A program made the position numbers and the translations under genes. From contig JBEWZL010000121.1 in the NCBI GenBank assembly GCA_045837725.1, positions 310,001-374,000 of the forward strand: a DNA stretch of 64,000 bases, read 5' to 3'. The notes under the pieces were generated by a model that was not told where the DNA came from, ran no database searches, and saw nothing but the letters and a program-made list of their open reading frames with translations. The DNA comes from Vermamoeba vermiformis (taxonomy: Eukaryota). Below, one piece after another: positions 38,620 through 50,623 of the stretch (its first letter is position 1; the number at the start of each line of letters is the position of its first letter).

Positions 38620-39750
38620 CGAGCAGATCCAAGCCAATGTCTGGGAGATCATTCGGCGCAACGAGTTTCAAAACTTCTTGGACAAGTTTGTAGCGAGAGG
38701 TACTACTTAGCGATATTGCAAGAATTTTTCTGACGCACGTCAAGGCGGCAGTCTGAGCCTCGAACGAGACGACAAAGCGAAGAGTCAACTGATTCACTAT
38801 GCAGCTGCATTTGACAGATTTAATTTTATTGAATATCTCATCCAGCACGGCGTTGACATAAATGCGAAGAATAATGAGGGCAGCACTCCATTGCACATTG
38901 CAGGTAAGAGAAAATTCGTTATTAATGGCGAAGTTCATTTCTGACCGAGGCTCAGCTCGCTGGGGACATTTAAATACTGCACAGTGGATCGTGGCATGTA
39001 CATGGATGTGAGATTGATGCTGAGGATAATGAAGGCAATACTCCTCTGATGTGGGCGGTAAAATGGTCTCACATCCAGGTCAGGATTAATTAAAAGTATA
39101 CCAATCGATTGCTAATTATAAAGTAGATCCTACAATTATTAGTTGATCGTAGTGCGGTTATAACGAAAGCGGATCGATTACGGAACAGGTGTGTGGAATT
39201 CTCCGTTGGTAAATTCGTTCACCGATCTGACATTTCAAAACAGCGTATTGCATTGGGCAGCGCGCTTCGGATTTTTCGACATTGCCAAGTTGCTATTGAC
39301 GATTTTTCCGGACTTTGTGCAAAGCCAGAACGCTGAAGGAAGGTTAGTAACCGAGTGCATCCGTTATCTGAAAATTCAGAATTTCGATGAGCTAACAGTT
39401 ACTCCTAGCACTCCACTGCATTTAGCAGCACGGTGGGGACATTTGGAGCTAGTTAAATTACTGTTGCAAACTGGAGCCCAAGGTACACAGCGCGAAATAG
39501 TTACACATTGCCAATCCTGGAGTTGGGGTGCCCATAAATATAGACTAATTCTGATTATTTATCAGTTCAAATAGCCGATGCAAAGGGTGACACATTGCTG
39601 CACGAGTGTTGTTTTTGGGGCCGCGTTGAAGTAGTGCAGTATTTGTTGGCTCTGCCCGAGATTTCGAACATTTTGCCGCTGAGAAACGCAGCAGGAAAAT
39701 CAGCTAAAGAGCTAGCATCACTCGCGACGATCAAAGCGATGTTTGTCTAA
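38597..39750 (+). CDS. Ankyrin-repeat region (about 6 repeats), likely the C-terminal part of the Trm11-like gene; +1 frameshift at about 38994
   Basis: LIHYAAA...HGVDINAKNNEGSTPLHIAARWGH, GNTPLMWA, SVLHWAARFG, STPLHLAARWGH, GDTLLHECCFWG; stop 39748-39750. Confidence 0.85.
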
Positions 39751-39954
39751 TGATAGACCTTCGATGCGGCCTAAATACCCGATTCACAGCAAATTATGAA
39801 ATTTTTGCGCGTGCGTCTCTGGTGGTCCTCGTGCGCAAAACAAATAACATTATTTTCATCGATTTTGGAGCGAAAAGGAAGCAATACATGGTGCAGAGCA
39901 TTGTCATATCAAAATATTAAGCAGCCGTTTGGATCGCGAACGATAATTTTATCA

Positions 39955-42389
39955 ATGGAATCCAACAGCGAAGAAGGCTCAGCATCCCACCTAAATTCAT
40001 CTCTAGACAATAACTTAAAATACGGCGCATGTAAGCCGTGCAAATCGAAGCATTTAAAATGTAAGTTATGGATCTGTTATGAAAATGCCACAACGACAGT
40101 GGAGAATTAGAACAAATAATTTTAATTGGATCATCTGTCGAATTAATCCGTATGGTTCTTTATATTCAGCAAATTGACCTCTTTTACGCTGTGTAATTTT
40201 AATATTAAATTCCGAATATTTCGCAGCATCCTTCCGACGCTTTTGCGTTCAAATTTATTACTATCGACAGAAATACGAATTTTTAAATTACAATACAAAT
40301 GGTTGCATCTTTTGCTTTGTTCTTCCCTTTTCTTCCAATTCATTGACACGACATCTAGGCGATGGAGCCAAGCCTTGTTCATCATGTGTTGCAAAGAAAA
40401 CAGAGTGCATCTATCATGATGTACCAGTGCGGCGTGGGCCGGCTCCAGGTAAGCATTGTAATTCTCAAAGGGACTAGACAGCCGATCTGACAAATAAATT
40501 CAGGCAAAGCAGCAGAATTACGACGAACAATTGAGAAGCTGCAGGATGACATTAATGAGCAAAGAATACGCAATGAACGATTGAAAGAACAACATTCGCG
40601 GTTATTACGGAAGATGGAGGTAAGTTGAGCGTATGCCAAGGGTGTACCTTGGATCCAGCATTTATAGTTGTGGTCTGAAAATAACACAAAATCTTTATCG
40701 CTAGCACAACGACATGACCATGAGCGGACACCTCGTCAATACTACCACATTAGGTACTTATGTAAATATATATCTCGACAAAGCGATCGTCTTCATGCAA
40801 GTGTCACCGCCCTTTCAAGATCTGAACGACTATTATCGCGAGAGTGAGTAATACATTCATAATCTAACGTCTTACTAAGCATGCCTCATGTAGGCGATGT
40901 ACGTCACACCCTGATGAGTGCTGTATTGAGCATTGGTGCGCTAGTCGTGGGCAACAAACAACACTCGAGCATGTTCGTCAAATTAATCGAGTAAGTCGCA
41001 GGTTATTGCCTTCATAGGTACTAATACTAATGGCTGATTATAGAAGCAAACTGCGCGCGGCTTTCGATGACGTCAATCCGTACGTGTGTGCCGTGCATTA
41101 TCTGCTGTCAGGCTATTACGGCTCATCAGGCGATCCAGTCCGCGAGATGTCGTACAACGCTCGAGCACTATTAATGGCGAATATACTACGAAAGAAGTTA
41201 AAGAAGCATATTGCAGGTCTCGATATCGGCATCATTCAGAAACACTCTTGGATCAAGCAGTCATTGCACGCTGAGAATTTGTAAGTCTTGTTCTATGATC
41301 TTATTATTATTATAAATAAGCAATACTAATGTCCTGTGCAGAGACATGCTCGAAGACGATGTAAACAGCGTGTTGAATGAGAGCAGGGATCAGCTGTCGT
41401 GGACAATCGCGCAACTAGAACACAATGTAAGTGCCTACAATCAGTAATTATAGCAATCACTTGTTAACACTGCTCACAGGCACTGCATTGGGAGGTCAAA
41501 GCAATCAATGAACTCGATCCACACTTCACTCAGCCAACGAACATCAAGCGACTGATGACGGTGATCAATCTCGCCGAGTCATTAACACATCAAGTACCGC
41601 AGCCCGTGCAAACTATGCTGTCGCTGCGCATATTGAGTGCGAAGTTGTTGCTGAATATGTTCATTGCCAATGATGAAGTCGCGCACCAGGTATGTACTAC
41701 GATATAATTAGTGTACCAAGGCTTAACCTGCATTAGATTGCTTCACAAATATTAATGCTCGCATCCACGCCGAGCGAAGCGTTAGTGAACAACCCTTACT
41801 TCACCAACGTGCCGCTGCTACTCGCCGGTCAGTTCTTCTTGCTTGCAGGTACTCAATCCCTGGACTTCCAAAAGGTGCGTGGAGTAATTGGTAGTCTTTA
41901 ATGAATCGTGATTGGATCGTATTAATTTTCCTATTATAGTTGTTGCAAGTCCTTAGCAAAGTGGACACTTTGAATGTGGTGCGCGGCATACTGCTGAAAG
42001 AACGGCCGATTAGTGCGCAAGACGATATGGTCGCGTGGTGCTACATTTATCCTCGTTTGAATGCTTTCCGTGAGATGAACATGAAAGCTATCACACTGCT
42101 CTATAATGCAGATCAGCGAAGTGGCGCGATGTATCCGTTGCAAGATCAGCACTACATCCATTCAACAGGCCCTGAACACGGGCACGAATTCTTTGCGCAC
42201 AATCATGACAGTCACGTGCCTCCTACCTACTACACCCCTCACGAAGAGTACGGTCATGAATATGCACACAGCTTCGTGCAGCCTCATTTCCATCTTGAGC
42301 CAGCTTCGGAAATATTACCGGGTGGAGCACAAAAGAATGGCACTATTTTTGGTGACAAAAATCAAAGATTTACCCCACAATACTTGTAG
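39955..42389 (+). CDS. Zn(II)2Cys6 binuclear cluster transcription factor
   Basis: Removing the 298-nt first intron gives ACKPCKSKHLKCDGAKPCSSCVAKKTECIY (CX2CX6CX5CX2CX6C), then RRGP linker, coiled coil, helical middle region, His/acidic tail. Confidence 0.9.
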
Positions 42390-43164
42390 ATTATTAGAAG
42401 GCTTGAAATTACTACTGTGAATAAATTGGCAAGTCCTTCATCGGATGTATCTCCTCACCCGTTTTTTTTTCAGAGAGTCTCTATGATGCCCGAGAGTCTA
42501 ATTACGCCAAACATTCGTTGTTTGTTGTCTTACAGCAATCCCCAAAAAGTTCGTTAGTACGATCGGACCTGCTTCCGAACCTTGCGGATGGGGATGCTTG
42601 CGAACTGAGGAAAAGCACAATTCGGCTACTAGCGTGCTGCGGGTAGAGTATAGAGCAATTTCGAAGCTATACGGCAGTTAGAATATCAGTAGCACAACGC
42701 GCTTTCGGAACAGTTTTCACCTGGATTTCGTTCGTCTGTGTTTTTTCTGGCGACTTTTCAGCAAACATGCTTTTGTTTGAGTTCAGCAAGCTGATTTTCT
42801 GTAGGCTACCACGTCTCTTGGTTGTAAAGGTACGCATCCCGTTTTGTTTTGCCAAATATGATTTAGCGTTAATTAGTTGTGGCGCGGATGGCGCGATGGG
42901 GCTAAATTACAAAATCTTTATCCCATTGAAGGCTAAAGGCTCTTCTTTTAATGGTCATTAATTGTTTGCTTCCTCCTACATTCGATCGGAGCAGTTGCGG
43001 GGGATCGTATTCGGGTCCTATTGGGCCTAGAATTCCAATTGTATTTCAAAGGTGATAGTAATTATTAATACGCTTATTACATAATAGGATTTGGTCTAGT
43101 CTATTGGTTTACGTCCGGTTGCACGCACATCCATTCTGACTTTTGCAAGCATTACCATTAAATT

Positions 43165-45597
43165 ATGTCGGACACCAGCTCTCGACGAAGGTAAGTATTA
43201 TGCTATAAATATCGAATGTCGTTGCGCTTCTAGAAATTGATTGGTTTGTGCGGATGTGGATGCGATGCGTTTTTGACAGCAAACGAATGACGTTTGTGAG
43301 CTAGATTCTCCAGAGAATGATTAAATATTAGCTCCTAGCATTAATTAGACATTCAATAAGACTGGACTAAAATGAAATACTTGAATTAGCATTTCTTTAT
43401 TTGGCAAATTTGTTTCATTAACGAGCAGATCTGCATCTGTCAGTTTGGAGAGACAATCCTACTCACATATGAAACCATTAATATTTAACATACGTCCCAT
43501 TAAATATTGCACAAATGTCTGATTATCCGATCCACCTCCGATCGCCCAATTGGACGTCATTTAATGCATCATATTCGATACCATAAATATTAATTAATAA
43601 TTATTGCCTAAAATATTCTATAATCAACGGTTTACGCGTTGTGAATTGACGCGTGGGAACCATCCTTTTTTTGGATTCGCTAAGTGCCCTTATTAATGTT
43701 TTGTATTTATCAGTTCCTCAGAAGAGTCATCTTCGCAATCAGACTCGCAATCGGACTCGCAATCTAATTCGCATTCGCAGTCGCACTCACAATCACAATC
43801 CAGATCTGACTCAGAACAGTCCTCAGGATCTGCATCCAAGTCCTCTACTAGTGTCCCAGTAGTAGTTGCTCCTCCTCATCACGACGAGCATGGCATTTCT
43901 ATCCGTTCCAAGGCCAGATCCGAGTCTGCTTCAGATGAAGAGAACAGTCGCGCAATTGAAATGAAGCCAGTGCACCACACCTCGCACCACCACACCGACA
44001 ACGGCCTCTCACTCCGCTCACAAGACCCTTCCTCGTCATCGACTAGCGAAGAAGAGCCCAAGACCCCTGCCGACAATCACCGCATTGCCGCGCACCACAA
44101 CGGCGCGAATCACGTGCACACGAATGGCAAGGCTGATGGCCACAGCAACACGCACAAGTCTGACGGCTACACGAGTGACGGTGCACACAGCAAGTACCAC
44201 GACGCCAGGCCCAACCCTCCCGCTGACGCCTTTGCGATCTTTGCCATCATCTTCCAAGTGGCTATGATCCTCGTCTACGCGTTCATTGTCGATTATGATG
44301 CCCCACAAGACGCGCTGCTCGAGCCTGACGGTCACAACGTGATGCCGCGCTACTACTCGCTCTACACCGACATTGCAGTCATGATGTTCATTGGTTTTGG
44401 CTATTTGATGACGTTCTTGAAGAAATATCGTTACGGCGCTGTTGGCTTCACCTTCTTTTTGGTCGTGTTCACCATTCAGTGGGCACTGCTCGTGGTTGGA
44501 TTCTTTGAAAAGGCTTATGAAGGACACTTTGACGAAAAGATCCACGTCAACTTCTTCGCCCTCATCAACGCCCTCTTCTGCTCGGCTACGATCCTCATCT
44601 CACTCGGCGGTGTCATCGGTAAAGTGTCGCCCTTCCAGCTGTTGTGGATGGCATTCCTTGAGACTATTTTGTTCGGTCTCAACATCTACTTCCAACTCTA
44701 TTTCGGAGCAGTTGACATTGGTGGCAGTATGAACATTCACACCTGTAAGTAGCCCTCATTGTCACTCTTAGCATTCAATTACTAATCACTGCACTGATAG
44801 TGGGCGCGTACTTTGGTTTGACCGTGACGTTGATTGTCAGCAACAAACACTCGCATCACAGCGCTAACTTGGGCTCGTCGTACTCGTCCAACACCTTCTC
44901 CATGATTGGTACCATCTTCTTGTGGATCTTGTGGCCCTCGTTCAATGCCGCCATTGGTACTCAACTCTCTCAACCCCGTGCCATTGTCAACACTGTACTC
45001 AGTCTCTGCGGCTCTGGTCTGATGGCCACTGCTCTCTCCAAACTCGTGCGTCCCGAGCGCAAGTTTGATATGGAAGATTTCGAGAACGCCACTCTCGCTG
45101 GTGGTGTTGCCATTGGTTCGTTTGCTGACTTCAGATTGAACCTCGGTGGTGCGTTGACTGTCGGTACTGTCGCTGGCACTGTCTCCGTGCTTGGTTTCCG
45201 CTACTTGGGCCCCTTCTTGCGCCGTAAAATTGGCCTTAAGGACACTTGCGGCATTCATAACTTGCACGGTATTCCGGGTCTCATCGGAGGTGTTGGATCA
45301 ATCATTGCTGCTCGCACTGCTTCACGCGATGCTTATGGCAGTGAATTCGACACTATCTTCCCTCGCGGTGAGGATCAATGGATTGCTCAAATCATCAGTT
45401 TGGCCATCACTCTCGGTATTGCTATTGTTGGTGGTATTATTGTTGGCTACTTCCTCAAGCTCTTATACGTAAGTATTCCTTATTTCGGGAACTAGCGTAA
45501 CGACGATTATTAACTTTTACTTCCTCAGCGAGTCACTCCCAACAAGAAATTCTTTGACGACAAGGAGCACTTCGAAGTCTTCTGGAAGGAAGAATAA
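43165..45597 (+). CDS. Rhesus-type ammonium/ammonia channel with long Ser/His-rich N-terminus
   Basis: DIAVMMFIGFGYLMTFLKKY, DIGGSMNIHTLGAYFG, FLWILWPSFN, NATLAGGVAIG, DTCGIHNLHGIPG; micro first exon MSDTSSRR then 523-nt intron. Confidence 0.95.
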
Positions 45598-45752
45598 GCG
45601 TCAGCTATCATGTAACATATATTTGCGGTTTATTTATGACGACAATAAAGTTTTGATTTCTTGTCAAGCTTTTGACATTTATTACTTTTTGTTGGTTTTC
45701 GCGTTTGTACATGTTTTTACAATGTTTTTACATATGTATTTACAGTATTAAT

Positions 45753-48575
45753 TTATGTCCGCCTTTCTGCGCTGCGTCGTCGGTTTTGATTGCGAGTGTG
45801 ATTTGAATTAGCGTTTGTGTTTCTTTGTTTGTTGTTGTTAGCAGGTTTGTGCGGTGAGTGATTGTTTTGAGGACGATGTGATTGATTATTTGCAGGGTGA
45901 TTGATGGCGAGTGGTGTGCACTGATTGTGTTTGATTGACTTGGGGTCTGTTCTTTGGCTTGTTTTTCTTTTTGGTGCTGTTTTGTTGAGGAGTTGGGTTG
46001 GTAACAGCAGCCACTGACTGGGTGACTGGGTTGTTAGGGGTAGGCTTGTCTTGTTGGTTTTGTTTTGGTGGTTGTTTGTTCTTGCTATTCGCTGCGTTTT
46101 GTTCTCGGTTAGCAGCAGCTTGGAGCAAGTTTTCGTCAATTTGAAGTGAGCTCGATGAACTGTCACTGCTAAATCCTTCATCAGGGGCTTGTTCATTCTC
46201 ATCTTCACTCATCGATGAGTCTTCTTCGTCACTACTCGCGCTTGAGGCAAATTCTTCTTCGTTTTCAGCGTTTGGATATAGGCTCTGCAATGAAATTAGG
46301 ACCATGAACGATGAGGGAAACAAATCTACTTACGTGAATATACATTCTGTGTGCAAGCATATTGAAGTCAGGGTACAATATGCGCGTTAGGACTGTTGGT
46401 GCGTAGTCGCCCTTCGTCAAGTTCGTGCTCAGACGTTTGTAGCCAAATTCAAAAGCACGACGAACATTCAAAATCTTGAACGAACTGCGACCCACGTCGT
46501 TTTCTATACACATAGAAATATTAATAATTATTTCCAAAGTGACATCAACAACGTACCTAAGTCATTGGGATCTTCTAAACAGATCTGATAAGGCCGTGAA
46601 GGATCGTACCACTCACGCTCCACTTTGCTGAAGTAAAATCCGCCCTCACGCACACTGATGCCGACTGTGAAATAGTTAAATGTCACGCCGTACAGGTGCA
46701 TGAACTCGGTCAGCAAAGCCCCAAGATTGGCCTCACCAGCATTCGCTTGCAAGAATGAGACAATCATTAGGATCAGTGCGTAGGAGCCCACGCCACCAGA
46801 ATAAGGCTCGTTCAGCTGTCGTTGCTGCAAGAAACATTTGAGGACCAAGACGAGGTACTTGAGCGCTTTGTGTTCTTTCATGAACGAGCGCACAAGACGA
46901 CTGTTCTCTGGTCCATTGCCCTTGTTGAAACTAATGTCCACAAGCGTGCCAGTCTTGCTGTCCATCAGCTTGACAATAGGTACACGTGCCTTGTCAATTA
47001 CTTGCACTTCTTTTGAGAGTCCTTTGCGTTCAATGTGTTGCGCCAAAATGTACAGTGATGAGCCAACAGCTGGGGCACCAATGACGACCATATCAATGTC
47101 ACTGCAAGGGAAGGTTAGAAACACAAACGGCGTGTTAGGGTCCCAGAGTACTTGCCTTGAAGGGAGATAGAGTTCGGTGGCAATAGATCCAAAGACGTAG
47201 ATTTCAGCATCGGGCCAGACACCCTTCACAACTGCAGTCAGTCGTGCGATGACATCTTTGCGCATTGCACGTTCTGCTGGAGTTGGTGACATGAAGCGAC
47301 AAAAGTCTTTGATTTCTTCGTGCAATCTGAAGAGGGTTATTACATTGGCGTATGAGAATTCATTTCTTATTTCACGTACCCCCAGTTATTGCGAGGATAT
47401 TCGCGCACAGCCCAAGGCGGTCTTGCCATTGGAGTGTGATGTGGCTGATAATTGCTTGTGCCATCGAGATCCATACTTCGTGTCACGTCTACCGAAGTAG
47501 GTACTTCACTGTCACGTGGTTTGCTCGCGTGTCTTGCGGGCCTTGACTCGCTGAGTGGAATGTATTCTGGGAAATCAACGACTTTCTTCGCCGGGGCTGG
47601 TTTGCTGGCCGGGCTTTGCTGCTCAGGTGCGGCTTCAAAAGTGGCCGCAGAATCATTGATAGGGCCCTCATTACGAGGTTTCTTTCGCTTTTGTTGAATA
47701 ATCTCGCTGCTGTTGCGCAGAGCATTGCCTCCTTGTTCTTCTGCTTGTGTTCGATCTCGCAACGGTGAGTCTTTTTCAGGGCTCGGACTCCTTCGACGAA
47801 CTCGTGATCGATTAGGTGTAGAAACGGGTTCTGATGAAGATGAGTCCGAAGAAAGGACCATTACGTCCGCTGAGTGATCCGATTTTTTGTGATCTGATTT
47901 ACTGGAATGTTCAGAAACACCCCGCTGTTGCTTTGTATAGTTGGTATCATCGGCTTCAAGATCAATAATTTCATGTGGTGTTTTTTTGTTGGTATTATGC
48001 GTATCCGCTTTTGTTGAATTGTTTTTGGATTGAGATGTAGTTGTAGATGAGGTTGTTTGTGGACGTTGTTGTTCTATATTGCTTCTATCAGGGTTGGTGT
48101 TATGTACATGATTGTTATTTGTTGGTTTTTCAGCCGCCCAAGTGTGTATAGCGGTTGCATCCACAGTAGATGAAGGGGCGGATGTCACAGCGGTACCGGA
48201 CCCCAGTGGTAGTGTAGTAGCGGGTACGTAGTCAGGCAGATTACCATCGTGCATCTTTGTCAGGTGTTTCGGTGTTGTCAAGTGGAATTCGTAGCTTGCT
48301 TCTGTTTACCGCGTAAAAATTAATAAAAATTATGGTGTCAATGATCGCAGAAAAATGACCGATGGTGCTTGAGATACCAAATTATATTAAATCTAATAAT
48401 TTTTAATGCTTTCGGTGGATGTGTTCTGTGTATTTTCGCGCTGGATTTCGAGAAAAATAATTAATTGGCACCACTTCGGTAAAGGATATTTATGACGAAT
48501 TGTATTTTAAACGAACATACCTGATGGTAGAAACACTTTACAAATGTTACAAAATACAGATCCGGACTGATTCAT
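45753..48575 (-). CDS. TENT4: Non-canonical poly(A) polymerase TENT4/PAPD5/Trf4 with N-terminal U1-type C2H2 zinc finger (in-frame stop at 45886 may be a frameshift artefact)
   Basis: LHEEI, VFGSIATELYLPSSDIDMVV, KARVPIVK, LNEPYSGGVGSY, LEDPND..NDVGRSSF; exon 1 at 48575-48521 supplies CNIC. Confidence 0.92.
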
Positions 48576-49088
48576 TTCTCCTGCCTTGCTGAAATCAAGC
48601 GATCAAGTACGCTATCGCTTTAAATTGGTCACTACAAATATGTACAACGAAGTGGTGTTGTTTCTCTTTTGCTGTGTCGGAACAAATAAAGATTTCGATT
48701 CGTGTTTCTAACGGTTATTTGAAGAGCCACGTGCTTCAGATGATACGCCTTTTAATTTTGGAAAGATTTGATTCTATTGAGTGGCTATTGCTCTATAAAT
48801 GCTGAAAATACAATAAAATATGTGTTGCGATTAAAATATCGAAAAGCGTGCCCTTTAGCTACGAAATTTAAAAGAACTTGCCTTAATATTTCGAAAGACT
48901 TTTCATCAGTTGCTTCAATTTAATCCTTCGGTATCAAGATATAACTCGGCCGCAGGAATATCAATCTTGCAGTTAAGCAATAAAGATCCAGGAAATGTAA
49001 CGGTCCTTTGTACCAAATTTAGCTGTGACGAACATTAAGTCTCGACGTTATATGAACAAAAGAATGAGTTGTGGTCACTATGTACATT

Positions 49089-50524
49089 TTACCGATCTTC
49101 ATTTACACTAAAGCTTTCTCCGTTGTTGCTATCTTCCTCGCGATCTTGTTTCCTTCGTTCAGACCTCTTCTTCTTCTTGCTCTTCCTCTTCTCCTTTTTC
49201 TCGCTCAGCTCGCTAGTATCATCAACACTTTGGCTGGCTTGACTCGAAGAAGCATTTTTACTTCTCTTCGCTTTGGGTTTCTCCAACCTTACTTTAACAT
49301 TATCTAATGCACTTTTATCGTTATAAATCGACTCAAGCTGCTGTGTGACCGATGAAATGAAGCTGAAAATAATTAGATGCTGCGTATCAAGAAGATTTAG
49401 TGCTTACTCTTGCGGCAATCCAATGACTGGCAGTGCGTTCAATAACGTCTCCCAGCTACCAGCAGCTATAAAAAGTCAGTACTACACGTTTACTGATCAA
49501 TAGGACGTACTTCGTGCTGGGTAGCGACGACGCTTGTCTTCAGCTGAGCCGAACCAATCAGTATTGAGTCCTAGTGTCGGTTTTGAACCACCAAAGTGAC
49601 GCAAGTGCAATAGCGTAGTCATTAGCTCATTCAACATGTTTTTTGCTTCTAATATCAGAAAGCTCATCGTGGTGTTATCAAGTGTAGGGTTTTTGTATTG
49701 ATCGTTTGGCTGATGAATAGAAGTTAGAGCTACGAGCACTATTTTATACTGTCACTGTACCTTGTCTTCGAATAGCTTATGCCACAACTGTTGCACTAAC
49801 AATCGCAGCTCTATATCGCAGTCTTTTGATTTGTACAAATACGGATCCATCTCTTGTGTTATTTTAGGACCTTGTTGGTCATTATAGGCTACTGTAAGTT
49901 CGATATTTTCGATCAGTTTCTCTTCGTGTTCTTCCTCGCGCTTCCTCTTGCGCAATTTTCGTTGTTTCTACGATTATCAAGTTAGATCCCAAATGGGTTT
50001 TTAATCTTTCTACGTACATTGTATTCAGGCATTAATGATATTACTGGGGTATCATATTTACGAAGTTGGTCGTCTTCTTCTTCATCGTCATTGCTCGATT
50101 CTGACCTCTCATTCTCAATAGCGTCCATTTCTGCCTGTTCTTGTTGGATCGTCGATCGAAGGGTTGTATTAATGACTAGATCTAATTCATCATCGACAAA
50201 TTTCTCTGTTTCAATGTAGTCTTTGATTTTGTCCTCTGAAACTGGCCAGCAAAGTCGGCGCGATCTGGAAACAATTGTTTGGATATTTAATTATTTATTT
50301 TAAATATATGAGTCCGTGGAATATTTTGTTATGAGCTCGAAATAATATTATAATAATTACTTGAATAGTTATTAATTTTTCTTCCAATATGTGAGATCTT
50401 ACCTCTGCGGCGTTACCATGAAAGCAATTTCTCGTGGAACGGAAGCAAGTGAGTGAACTACGCGTTTGTACTCACTTAGCTCTTTATTTTTAGCTCGTAG
50501 TGCTTGATCTGGTTGATCTGTCAT
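49089..50524 (-). CDS. Hypothetical nuclear protein, possible Rrn9-like
   Basis: Six exons splice in frame from ATG 50524 (MTDQPDQALRAKNKELSEY); motifs LCWP and WETLLNALPVIGLPQDFISSVTQQLESIY; basic tail. Confidence 0.6.
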
Positions 50525-50623
50525 TGCTGCTGTTCACTTATTACTTTTCAGTGCGCTATCATATTATCAAGTTGTGGTGTATAGTCATGTCACTAAGTTT
50601 AATACAACATTGTTTGACAATCT

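Noticed and set aside
38617..39011. In-frame TGA codons as selenocysteine or readthrough
   Set aside because: Conserved sequence continues in the +1 frame, not the same frame; TAA, TAG and TGA otherwise behave as ordinary stops
42600..42670. CUGAGGA followed by a small hairpin, hammerhead-like or snoRNA D box
   Set aside because: No GAAA after the stem; no convincing C box or rRNA guide
26455..48738. Shared 11-mer CACGTGCTTCA upstream of AOX and TENT4 as a specific regulatory element
   Set aside because: The same word occurs in coding sequence near 27655, and CACGTG is very common in this DNA
48870..48990. Hammerhead-like core on the minus strand (CUGAUGA...CGAAA with a 6-bp stem I)
   Set aside because: Stem II lacks the closing pair and a viable loop, and stem III does not pair
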